From a virus: a stretch of 64,000 nucleotides of DNA. Position numbers and translations under genes: made by a program. The notes beneath the pieces were generated by a model. That model worked only from the letters and a program-made list of their open reading frames with translations, ran no database searches and had not been told where the DNA came from. Below are positions 40,709 through 49,078 of the stretch, piece by piece (the first letter of the stretch is position 1; each line of letters opens with the position of its first letter). The stretch spans positions 28,406 to 92,405 of IMG/VR virus record IMGVR_UViG_3300008262_000017. One strand, given 5' to 3'.

Positions 40709-40953
40709 GTACAAACGATAACCATCGTCAACTATTACAACTAGTTCACGAATACGTCAAGTTGAATCTTAGTTTAGAACTTAAACCTACACTAGACAAA
40801 ACTATTGAAGTTCGAAAAGTTCTTTCGGACATTAGACGTTGTGCTTCTACACGCCGTGAAGAAGTAATGGAAGTACAACGAGAAAGACGAGCATACTTAG
40901 ACACATTAAAAGGCAACTCAGATTTAACAGAGGCACAAGACCAAGACGACTAA
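40705..40953 (+). CDS. Small helical hypothetical protein
   Basis: ATGA overlap with the gp46 stop; 82 aa. Confidence 0.7.
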   Translation: MSTNDNHRQLLQLVHEYVKLNLSLELKPTLDKTIEVRKVLSDIRRCASTRREEVMEVQRERRAYLDTLKGNSDLTEAQDQDD

Positions 40954-40961
40954 CTAAGTGC

Positions 40962-41399
40962 ATGTCATGGTATTATCAAAACGCAATAGTTGAAACTCTT
41001 CCAGAAGAATGTATAGGTTTCGTCTATTGTATCACTAATAACATCACTGGTCGCAAATATATAGGCAAAAAATTAGCTAAATTCTCTAAAACCACTTATA
41101 AAACAGTAAAACTCAAAAACGGCAACAAGAAGAAAAAGAAGATTCGTTCTAAAATTGATTCTGATTGGCGTGAATACTATGGCTCAAGCGATCATTTAAC
41201 AAAAGATATAGAAACTCTAGGCGCAGACAATTTCACAAGAGAAATACTTTACTACTGCAACTCAAAGGCTGAATGCTCTTACATAGAGGCAAGAGAACAA
41301 TTTACAAGACGTGTTCTCGAAAGTGACGACTACTACAACGGACACATAGCTGTTCGTGTACACGGAAGTCATATCAAAGGCAAACAATTAAACGGTTAA
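40962..41399 (+). CDS. Small GIY-YIG family endonuclease (Seg-like catalytic domain only)
   Basis: IGFVYCITN..GRKYIGKK, WREYYGSS, FTREIL, YIEAREQ, YYNGHI. Confidence 0.85.
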   Translation: MSWYYQNAIVETLPEECIGFVYCITNNITGRKYIGKKLAKFSKTTYKTVKLKNGNKKKKKIRSKIDSDWREYYGSSDHLTKDIETLGADNFTREILYYCNSKAECSYIEAREQFTRRVLESDDYYNGHIAVRVHGSHIKGKQLNG

Positions 41400-41780
41400 A
41401 GCTCGCACAGGCTAATTTCGTGTGCCCAGCATTCAGACAACGGGTTTAACTACACCGGGACGGAAATCTCTTGCCGTTAAGAGTACTCAGCAACTATCCT
41501 TAACAGGACGACGACTAGATATGCCTTCATAGAACTAGTTTTGCTGTTTGAAGATCTTTAATTTAATAAGGCTAATGATGGGGAACTAACCATAACCCCA
41601 CGCTTTGCAAATGTGATAGTGTACATTTGCAAGCCGCCGTTGTAACAAGACAGAATGAGCAGGTACCGGACAACCGCCTGCGATACAATAATTCTAACAC
41701 TATGTGACTGTGCTACTCAGATAATGCAGTTTTTTCTTAGCCCGCTAGGGCTAAGTGTGACCGCTTAATCTAGATAATAC
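41400..41780 (+). ncRNA. Candidate large structured non-coding RNA
   Basis: ORF-free, GC-enriched stretch with about nine hairpins/stems and three loop-to-distal complementary segments (see findings); family not identified. Confidence 0.6.
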
Positions 41781-41890
41781 TTAATTCACTGCTTCGCTAT
41801 CGCTACGCAGCTTCTTTTAAAACATCGTTTAAAAAAAAAATTAGTTCGAGCTGACAAGCGAAGAACTGGATGTACGAAGTACATCTCTAA

Positions 41891-41896
41891 TAAATA
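41891..41896 (+). promoter_or_regulatory. gp55-type late promoter (TAAATA)
   Basis: aaTAAATA upstream of 41915. Confidence 0.6.
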
Positions 41897-41914
41897 ACAT
41901 ACATTGGAAGACCT

Positions 41915-42934
41915 ATGAAAGTAAGTGAAATTATCTTAGAAGCACCTCAAACTGGAACAAATGCCTTTTCACAGATGGCTGGTCAGTTAGGTGGCGGAAC
42001 ATCTAGTACAGGTGGTACAACTAAATCTACCTCTACTGGACAAACACATAAATCAAACCCTAATAATCCTAACAATGCTTCTCCTAAGAAGCCTGGATCT
42101 ACTAAGAAAACTGGCACTAAACTTAGTGCTGGACCTAAAGGTTTAGTTTCTAATGCAGGAGGAAAATCAACTTCTGTTAGTCCTAAAGATGCACTTAAAA
42201 CGGCTGCTCCTGATAAGGTTGCTGTAGCAGAAAAAGTATCTGGAGGAAAGTGGGAAAAGTTTAAAGCTACTAAACCTTTTAAGATGTTTGGATTAAAAAC
42301 TTTAGGGCCATTTCTTATTTGGTTAGACGACATGTCTAGTATTAACGAATTGTGGGATGCTGGAGCGTTTAATGATCACGGTGATAAAGCCGGAGAAGTT
42401 GTCCAACAGTTAAGAACTTACTATACTCAACTATTAATCACTAGAATGGGAACAATGTGGGTTGTATGGGGATCAGCTAGTTTTGTTACAGGTATGGCTG
42501 TTAGAGCTCTCGTAGCACTGATTCCTGGTCTAGGATGGCTGGCTAACTTAGCTGCGGTAGTAGCGCAAGGTGCGGTATACTTATTATTAAACAGTGAAGT
42601 TGTTCAAAAATATTTAACTTTTACTATATTAGAAAATCTAGCACCTGACTGGATGAGCAATTCAGCGTATGGTATTGCTAGAGTGTTTGGCGGAGTTGGC
42701 GGCTTAATAGGACCTTATATAACTAAACTAAAAGATAAATTTGCAAAAGAAGCCCCTGAAGTTGCAAAAGCTGTTCCTGGAGCAGCTGCCAATGTAGCAA
42801 AAGACGCAGCAAATGCTGTAAAAAATACAGGATCTACTGTTGCTAAAGACGGTGCAACCGCTGTAAAAAATATAGGATCTGCCCCAGCAGCCGAACCGTT
42901 AGGCGCTATGTCTGACCTAGCTAAAGATCTTTAA
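41915..42934 (+). CDS. Putative internal virion protein with hydrophobic helices
   Basis: N-terminal MKVSEIILE-A resembles a capsid-targeting/gp21 cleavage peptide; disordered basic N-half; hydrophobic segments at about aa 180-225. Confidence 0.55.
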   Translation: MKVSEIILEAPQTGTNAFSQMAGQLGGGTSSTGGTTKSTSTGQTHKSNPNNPNNASPKKPGSTKKTGTKLSAGPKGLVSNAGGKSTSVSPKDALKTAAPDKVAVAEKVSGGKWEKFKATKPFKMFGLKTLGPFLIWLDDMSSINELWDAGAFNDHGDKAGEVVQQLRTYYTQLLITRMGTMWVVWGSASFVTGMAVRALVALIPGLGWLANLAAVVAQGAVYLLLNSEVVQKYLTFTILENLAPDWMSNSAYGIARVFGGVGGLIGPYITKLKDKFAKEAPEVAKAVPGAAANVAKDAANAVKNTGSTVAKDGATAVKNIGSAPAAEPLGAMSDLAKDL

Positions 42935-43146
42935 ATCAATGCTAGTCTAGAAGCTTTAGTAGCTTCTATATTATCTTTAATAATATTATTGATAATAGTT
43001 CTATCTTCATACGAGTACACATGAAACAACTCATAGCTGGTTACGCCGCCTCGCATGTACCAGCTAATCCTAAAGATTTCATCTTTTAGTTGCTTTGCTT
43101 CTCCGTCGATTTGTTTGATATATTGTTCGATATCAGAGTTCGACAT
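42931..43146 (-). CDS. Tail/baseplate assembly chaperone, gp51/'T'-like; probably also made as a -1 frameshift extension of the upstream gene
   Basis: ISWYMRGGVTSYELFHVYSYEDR; frame is open back to the slippery site of 43158..43982. Confidence 0.65.
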   Translation of the reverse strand: MSNSDIEQYIKQIDGEAKQLKDEIFRISWYMRGGVTSYELFHVYSYEDRTIINNIIKDNIEATKASRLALI

Positions 43147-43173
43147 ACTCTGAATCTTTAGACGAAAAAATTT
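43129..43173 (-). other. Programmed -1 ribosomal frameshift signal
   Basis: A AAU UUU UUC slippery site, 7-nt spacer, then GAU-UCAGAGU/ACUCUGA-U-AUC hairpin. Confidence 0.7.
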
Positions 43174-43982
43174 GATTGATCCAATGTAACTGAAACTTTT
43201 TCGCTATGCTCACAACTGCCGCATTTGATATCTTGTTCAGGAATAGACCATGTTTCTTTATTCTTTTCAAGTTGGTCTTTGATTATTTTGTAAACTGAAC
43301 TGTCGGCATTTTTCAACCATTCTTTAATTTGTTCTTTATCAGTAACAGTAGACTCCGGAGTCTGAACATGTTCAATACTGGTCATAAACAAGTTAACCTG
43401 TATATCAGCTAGACGTCGATATACTTCATTTAAGTTTTCATTCTTTTGATCTTCTGGCAAATCATTAGTTTGGTAAAGCATACGTTGTAGTTTAAAATTT
43501 TCTAATGACACTTCACTAGATTCTTTATAGCTCAACGGGCGTAGTTTTACAGTAATTTCGTCGCTAATTTTTACTTTAGATACAAACTCAATATTACTAA
43601 AATATTCTATTAAAGTTTGTAGTGGAATATCAAAATTGTTTTCTTCTCCGCAGGCTGTACAGTTATGTACGATGCTCATATGATCGCCAAATGTTGCTAT
43701 TCTTATAGCAATTAACACAGCATCAACATCAATGTTAGGCATTTCTTTAGCATCAGCAATAAACGGACAGCAACTTTCGATTACTTTTGTAGATGCTTCT
43801 CCGGTAAAAAGTGCATCAGGAGTTTTAAAAATAATCTCATCCATGCCAGTCATGCCAAAAATTGGCACATTATTATAGTCTCCCTTTAATGCACCTGGTG
43901 GGTAGTGTAGACCTTTACTAGGCAATTGAATAAAGATTTTAGGTTGTCTAAAATACTTTGTTAGTGGGTTAGATTGACTCAT
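43158..43982 (-). CDS. gp26: Baseplate hub assembly chaperone (T4 gp26-like)
   Basis: NPLTKYFRQPKIFIQLPSKG, MTGMDEI, DVDAVLIAIRIATFG, two CxxC pairs (CTAC, CGSC); start ATG 43982. Confidence 0.75.
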   Translation of the reverse strand: MSQSNPLTKYFRQPKIFIQLPSKGLHYPPGALKGDYNNVPIFGMTGMDEIIFKTPDALFTGEASTKVIESCCPFIADAKEMPNIDVDAVLIAIRIATFGDHMSIVHNCTACGEENNFDIPLQTLIEYFSNIEFVSKVKISDEITVKLRPLSYKESSEVSLENFKLQRMLYQTNDLPEDQKNENLNEVYRRLADIQVNLFMTSIEHVQTPESTVTDKEQIKEWLKNADSSVYKIIKDQLEKNKETWSIPEQDIKCGSCEHSEKVSVTLDQSNFFV

Positions 43983-43995
43983 GGTTTTTGTCCGA

Positions 43996-44015
43996 TAAAT
44001 ATATGAGTATTTATA
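43996..44015. promoter_or_regulatory. Overlapping oppositely oriented late promoters for tape measure (+) and gp26 (-)
   Basis: TAAATA on + at 43996-44001; perfect TATAAATA on - at 44015-44008. Confidence 0.7.
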
Positions 44016-44040
44016 TACGCATTTTTCCAGGTAAAAAAAT

Positions 44041-47000
44041 ATGGCACTAGACACAAAAGACCAAATAATAATGCGAGATGCATTTTATGATGCACTTGAC
44101 AAATGGAGCGGCAAAAAAGGCGGCAGCCTCGGCGGTGGTGGCGGTGGTGGTGGAGGTGGCGGTGTTGATGCAAAAGCATCATTAGCTGGAAAAGCATTTG
44201 AAAATGTATCAAATGCAATTAAAGGTACTGCCGGTGCAGCTCTTGATTTTAGCGGAAGATTAGCTAAAGGTGGTGTTAGCGTAACAGATGCTACAAAAAT
44301 ATTAGGAAACAATCTTGAAAGAGCAGGCGGCGCAGGCGGAAACTTAGTTAGTTCAATAGGAAAAACAGTAAACGCTTTTGGAGACATTATCAACTATGTT
44401 GAAGAAGGCGTAGATGTTTTTAGAGAATTAAGTAAAACTGGAGCAACTTTTAACAACAGCGTAGTTGATATGCGAGCAGCCGCAGCAGGTAGCAGGCTAA
44501 CTATGCAAGAGTTTGGGAATATTATTAAAGATAATAATACCAGTTTTTTATCTCTAGGACATGAAGGAGAAAAAGGTGCAAAGGCATTTGCAAAACTCAG
44601 CAAAGGGTTCTTTGACAGCGGATTTGGAGACAAACTAACTCAGTTAGGCTATTCAAGTGAAGATTTGAATAAGTTAATGGCCATACAAATGACCAACATG
44701 TCAGCTAGAGAACTTAAAGAAAAAGGTGGAGCAGAAGCACAATATGCATCAACTGCCAAGCTAGCTGAAGAAATGGACTTGATGGCCAAGATAACTGGTA
44801 AAAGCCGTAAAGAACAAGAAGAAACACTAGCTAAAGCTAAAGCTAGTGGACAAGTACAAGCTGCTATTCAGCTTGAACAAATGAACGGTAATGCCAAAGC
44901 AGGTGAAGCATTTGATGCTGTAGCAACTTCTACTAGCGGAAAGTTTGGAGAACTAGTTCAGCAAATGGTATCATCTGGTCGTCCGTTAACAGAAGAAGGC
45001 AGAAAATATATGGGTATGCTTTCTCAAGACACACAGAAAGCTATTCAAGAAGCTAGAGATGCTTACAAGCGAGGTGACGTAGAAGGTGCAAGAGAAGCTG
45101 CCAAACGTGCTCAAGCATTAGAGTCTGCTGAAGCTGCTACAAATAAAAGTAGATTAGCGTTAGCTGCACAAGGTGTCAAAGGATTTGAAGAATCTACACA
45201 AGAAGGTATAAGATACGGGAAATTGTTAGCAGAAAAAGCTAAAGAACTTGGTACAAATATAACTGATCCAAAAGCCATTGAAGCTGCAAGAAAGGCTTTA
45301 GAAACTGAAGCAAAGAAAGAACAGGCAGCTCGCTCAGGAGAAACTGCTAGTGTAATTGAAGCACAAAATCGTATTAAAGATATGGGCAGTGCTATTCAAG
45401 AAAGTATTATTGTTCCTTTAAAAGACGAAGCAAACAAAAAAGCACTTAATGATTTTTATAAAACTCTTGCAGATTTAAATCAAAGCAAAGCTAAAGGCGG
45501 AACAGCAACAAGCGACAAAGGATTTGCTGGAGATGTTAGCAAAGGACTTGATACTGTTAAAGCGGAATTAACAAAAGCTATAAGCAGAGTAACCAGTGAA
45601 ACAGGTCCAGACCAAAAATTTAGTAGTGATGCAGCTAAAGCAACAAACCAAACACAATTAGATGCGCTTAAGAAAGCAGTTTCTGAATCCTCCAGAAAAG
45701 ATGTTAGTAAAGCTGAAGGAGAAGAAATAAAATCATTGGCAAAATCTTTAAAAGGAGTTGATGGCGAAGTTATATCTAAGCGTATCGCAGACATTGCAGA
45801 AAAATCTGGAAAAACACAAGAACAAGTTATTAAAGAAGCAGTAAACAAACCTGGAGGTATTGGAAATTTAAACAAACAAATAGGTGAAGATCCTGCTGCT
45901 AAAAAAATTACAGAGCTATCTGCAGAAGCTACCAAAAGAGAAGCAGATGCTAAAACTGGAACAAAAATTGCACAAGAAAAAGGAAGAGATACTTCTGGAA
46001 CTGGTGCGGAAGCAATAACTAAAGGACTTAAATCAGGATTAGAGACTTTAGGCTCATTGACAACTGGAACTATTGACTTGTTTAAAGTTGAAGGTGATTT
46101 AAAGATAGAAGGCGTTAACATTAATAAACGTGCTACAGGTGGTTTTATTGGCAAACCTGAAGTAAGTTTAATCGGTGAAGAAGGTCCTGAATGGGTTCTC
46201 AATAAAGAACAAATGGCTGCTACATTAGAAGGCGCTGCTAATAGAGGTATGGAACAAATGGGCAAACTATTGCCTCCTCCTGAAGAAGGTTCTAAATCTT
46301 CATTTGCAGAAAGTATGGCAGAGTCTGTTAGAAAAGGAATGGAAACTGTGGGAGTACGAGGAAATCCTACAGGCGGTGCCGACGGCCTTGATCTAAGCAG
46401 TATTTCTAAAGAAATTTCTACAACTATTAGTAGTGTATCTGGAGGCAATGCTACCACTACTAGAAGTGTACAAAATGAAGAAAGTTTAGCAGCTTCTAAA
46501 GAACTTGCGGCAGTAAAAGAACAATATGCTGCCGAACGTGAAGCACTATTACAAAAAACTAAAGAACAGTTAGGACCCAATGCTGGCTCTAGGCAGATCC
46601 GCAACGCAATGCGAGAAGGGGACGAAGGTAAAGCACTAGAAGAAAAGTATTCAGCAATACGAGCTTCGTTAGAGAAGAAGATAGAAGATGGTATCAAATG
46701 GGAAACAACTGAAAAACTAAATGCTACCGAAGAGACTAAAAAAATATTAGATGAAGAATTAAACATTCTAAAACTACATGGAATGGAAAAACTTGCTATA
46801 ACAGAGTTTAACGAAGAAGAAATTGCTAAACTTCTTGAAGAAAGCAGTTCTGATCTAAATGATTTCTATGTAGATATGAACGGAGATTTGCAAAAATGGG
46901 CAGAAGACTCTACTAAAACATTAGAGCAAAAACAACAAGAAGCACAAACCCAATTAAATGATCTAAAAGGTGAACCTACTAAAAATGTAGTAGGAGGATT

Positions 47001-47313
47001 GAATTTTGAAGATATGTTCAAGCCCGTTAGAACCAGCGCCCAGGGCATGATGGAAAAATTTGGCAAAGAGAATGAACAGAAAAAAATTGCTGAACAAAAG
47101 GCTTCTGGAAAACCCGAAACTAAAGATCCTAAAAAAGAAGGCGAAACTAAAGACATAGTTACTAAAAGTAACAAAGCTGCTACTCTAGATGATGTAGTAT
47201 CTAGTTTAGATCGATTAAATAAGCATATGGGACAATTATTGTCACAGAACGAAGATATAGGTAAGAAACAAATTAGAGCTACAAAAGCTACTAGTAACAG
47301 TGTTCAACCTTAA
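44041..47313 (+). CDS. Tape measure-like protein
   Basis: 1090 aa, A/G/K/E-rich and helical; RATGG..IGEEGPEWVL motif common in tape-measure proteins; adjacent to chaperone genes. Confidence 0.7.
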   Translation: MALDTKDQIIMRDAFYDALDKWSGKKGGSLGGGGGGGGGGGVDAKASLAGKAFENVSNAIKGTAGAALDFSGRLAKGGVSVTDATKILGNNLERAGGAGGNLVSSIGKTVNAFGDIINYVEEGVDVFRELSKTGATFNNSVVDMRAAAAGSRLTMQEFGNIIKDNNTSFLSLGHEGEKGAKAFAKLSKGFFDSGFGDKLTQLGYSSEDLNKLMAIQMTNMSARELKEKGGAEAQYASTAKLAEEMDLMAKITGKSRKEQEETLAKAKASGQVQAAIQLEQMNGNAKAGEAFDAVATSTSGKFGELVQQMVSSGRPLTEEGRKYMGMLSQDTQKAIQEARDAYKRGDVEGAREAAKRAQALESAEAATNKSRLALAAQGVKGFEESTQEGIRYGKLLAEKAKELGTNITDPKAIEAARKALETEAKKEQAARSGETASVIEAQNRIKDMGSAIQESIIVPLKDEANKKALNDFYKTLADLNQSKAKGGTATSDKGFAGDVSKGLDTVKAELTKAISRVTSETGPDQKFSSDAAKATNQTQLDALKKAVSESSRKDVSKAEGEEIKSLAKSLKGVDGEVISKRIADIAEKSGKTQEQVIKEAVNKPGGIGNLNKQIGEDPAAKKITELSAEATKREADAKTGTKIAQEKGRDTSGTGAEAITKGLKSGLETLGSLTTGTIDLFKVEGDLKIEGVNINKRATGGFIGKPEVSLIGEEGPEWVLNKEQMAATLEGAANRGMEQMGKLLPPPEEGSKSSFAESMAESVRKGMETVGVRGNPTGGADGLDLSSISKEISTTISSVSGGNATTTRSVQNEESLAASKELAAVKEQYAAEREALLQKTKEQLGPNAGSRQIRNAMREGDEGKALEEKYSAIRASLEKKIEDGIKWETTEKLNATEETKKILDEELNILKLHGMEKLAITEFNEEEIAKLLEESSSDLNDFYVDMNGDLQKWAEDSTKTLEQKQQEAQTQLNDLKGEPTKNVVGGLNFEDMFKPVRTSAQGMMEKFGKENEQKKIAEQKASGKPETKDPKKEGETKDIVTKSNKAATLDDVVSSLDRLNKHMGQLLSQNEDIGKKQIRATKATSNSVQP

Positions 47314-47324
47314 AGGCAAAATCA

Positions 47325-49070
47325 ATGAGTTGGAAAAAATATTTCACACCAGTTAATGTAGACAATAATCCGTCTGCTTCTGGTCCCTTATCCGGTACCA
47401 GTAGGCCTGGACCAGCACGAAAAAACTATAGCAGTTTCTTACCTGATGTCTACACTGGAGCTCCAAACCGTATTGAAAGATATAATCAATACGACACTAT
47501 GGATATGGACAGTGAAGTTAATGCTGCCTTAGATATTTTAGCTGAGTTTTCTAGCCAAAAAAATAAAGAAAACTACACTCCGTTTGCTTTGCATTTTAAA
47601 AGCAAAGCTACAAATAGTGAAGTTAGTATTCTAAGAGAATACTTGCAACAATGGACAAAGCTACAAAAATTTGAAACAAGAATTTTTAGAATAGTTCGCA
47701 ATGTATTCAAATACGGTGATTGTTTCTTTGTTAGAGATCCAGAAACTTACAAATGGTTTTACATCGATCCTAGTAAAATTGTTAAGATTATTGTAAACGA
47801 AAGTGACGGTAAACAACCTGAACAATATGTTATTCGTGATTTAAATCCAAACTTTATGGATCTAGTTACTACTACAATTCAACCTAGCAATTTAAACACA
47901 AACAACAGAGGCACTAACTATGCTGGACCTAATGCCAGCGGAGCAGCGAGAGGCATGACTGGAAGTTATCCTCAAGGCGGAACAGTAGGAACTAGATTTG
48001 ATCTACAACAAAATGAACTAGCAATTGATGCAAAACATGTAATTCATCTAAGTCTAAGCGAAGGTCTTGACAACAACTATCCTTTTGGTAACAGCTTATT
48101 AGAAAACATTTTTAAAGTGTTTAAACAAAAAGAATTGCTTGAAGATGCTATCTTAATCTATCGTATACAACGTGCTCCAGAAAGACGTATTTTCTATATT
48201 GACGTAGGTAACATGCCAAGTCACTTGGCTATGGGATTTGTTGAACGTGTTAAAAATGAAATACATCAACGACGTATTCCTAGTTCAACTGGCGGAGGCC
48301 AAAATGTTATCGACTCAGCTTACAATCCTTTAAGCATTAACGAAGATTATTTCTTCCCAACAACTGCTGAAGGTCGTGGTTCTAAAGTAGAAACTTTACC
48401 GGGCGGTACTAACTTGGGTGAAATTGATGATTTAAAATATTTTACCAACAAGTTGTTCCGCGGTTTAAGAATCCCAAGTAGCTATCTGCCAACTGGTGCA
48501 GATGATGGTCAAGCTTCATATAATGACGGTCGCGTCGGCACAGCATATATTCAAGAACTGCGTTTTAACAATTACTGTATGCGTTTACAAAGTTTAATGC
48601 AAGACGAATTTGATCAAGAATTTAAATTATATCTACACGATAGAGGTGTAAACATTGATTCAAGTCTTTTTGATTTACAGTTTCAACCTCCTCAAAACTT
48701 TGCTTCATATCGTCAAGCAGAGCTTGATAACCAACGTATCAACACATACGGTACTATCAGTCAGCAAACTTATATCTCAAAGCGTTTTGCATTGAAGCGT
48801 TACTTAGGACTAAGCGAAGAAGAAGTTGCAGAAAACGAACGCCTATGGGCAGAAGAGAACGGCAAAGGACATCCTGCTGTTACTGATGCCAGCGGAGAAC
48901 TTCGTGGAGTTGGTGTAAGTCAAAGTGGATTAGAAGCTGATACCGAAGCTATGACAGACACAGAAGCTCCTCCAGGAATGGAAGTACCAGGAGCTGAAGG
49001 AGCCGCAGGATCACCAGTACCTCCTGCAGGAGCCGCAGCTCAACCTGCAGGTACACCGCCAGCAGCATAA
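47325..49070 (+). CDS. gp20: Portal protein (T4 gp20-like)
   Basis: LLEDAILIYRIQRAPERRIFYIDVGNMP, EDYFFP..GRGSKVETLPGGTNLGEIDDLKYF..KLFRGLRIPSSYL. Confidence 0.96.
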   Translation: MSWKKYFTPVNVDNNPSASGPLSGTSRPGPARKNYSSFLPDVYTGAPNRIERYNQYDTMDMDSEVNAALDILAEFSSQKNKENYTPFALHFKSKATNSEVSILREYLQQWTKLQKFETRIFRIVRNVFKYGDCFFVRDPETYKWFYIDPSKIVKIIVNESDGKQPEQYVIRDLNPNFMDLVTTTIQPSNLNTNNRGTNYAGPNASGAARGMTGSYPQGGTVGTRFDLQQNELAIDAKHVIHLSLSEGLDNNYPFGNSLLENIFKVFKQKELLEDAILIYRIQRAPERRIFYIDVGNMPSHLAMGFVERVKNEIHQRRIPSSTGGGQNVIDSAYNPLSINEDYFFPTTAEGRGSKVETLPGGTNLGEIDDLKYFTNKLFRGLRIPSSYLPTGADDGQASYNDGRVGTAYIQELRFNNYCMRLQSLMQDEFDQEFKLYLHDRGVNIDSSLFDLQFQPPQNFASYRQAELDNQRINTYGTISQQTYISKRFALKRYLGLSEEEVAENERLWAEENGKGHPAVTDASGELRGVGVSQSGLEADTEAMTDTEAPPGMEVPGAEGAAGSPVPPAGAAAQPAGTPPAA

Positions 49071-49073
49071 ATA
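49068..49073 (+). promoter_or_regulatory. gp55-type late promoter overlapping the portal stop, 5 nt before the ATG
   Basis: TAAATA-N5-ATG. Confidence 0.6.
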
Positions 49074-49078
49074 AAGTT

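Noticed and set aside
41703-41778. Mini CRISPR array
   Set aside because: Only two units, 15/23 identical, and no cas gene in the window.
41400-41900. Group I intron, RNase P RNA, tmRNA or tRNA as the identity of the structured region
   Set aside because: No interrupted host gene flanks it, and I could not find the conserved P7, GAGGAAAGUCC or tRNA-like motifs by eye. A covariance search is still needed.
44119-44163. GGC/GGT run in the tape-measure gene
   Set aside because: Encodes a poly-Gly linker with mixed codons; not a regulatory repeat.
45480-46766. 428-aa antisense ORF inside the tape-measure gene
   Set aside because: S/L/F-rich shadow of the biased sense codons; no motif, SD or promoter.
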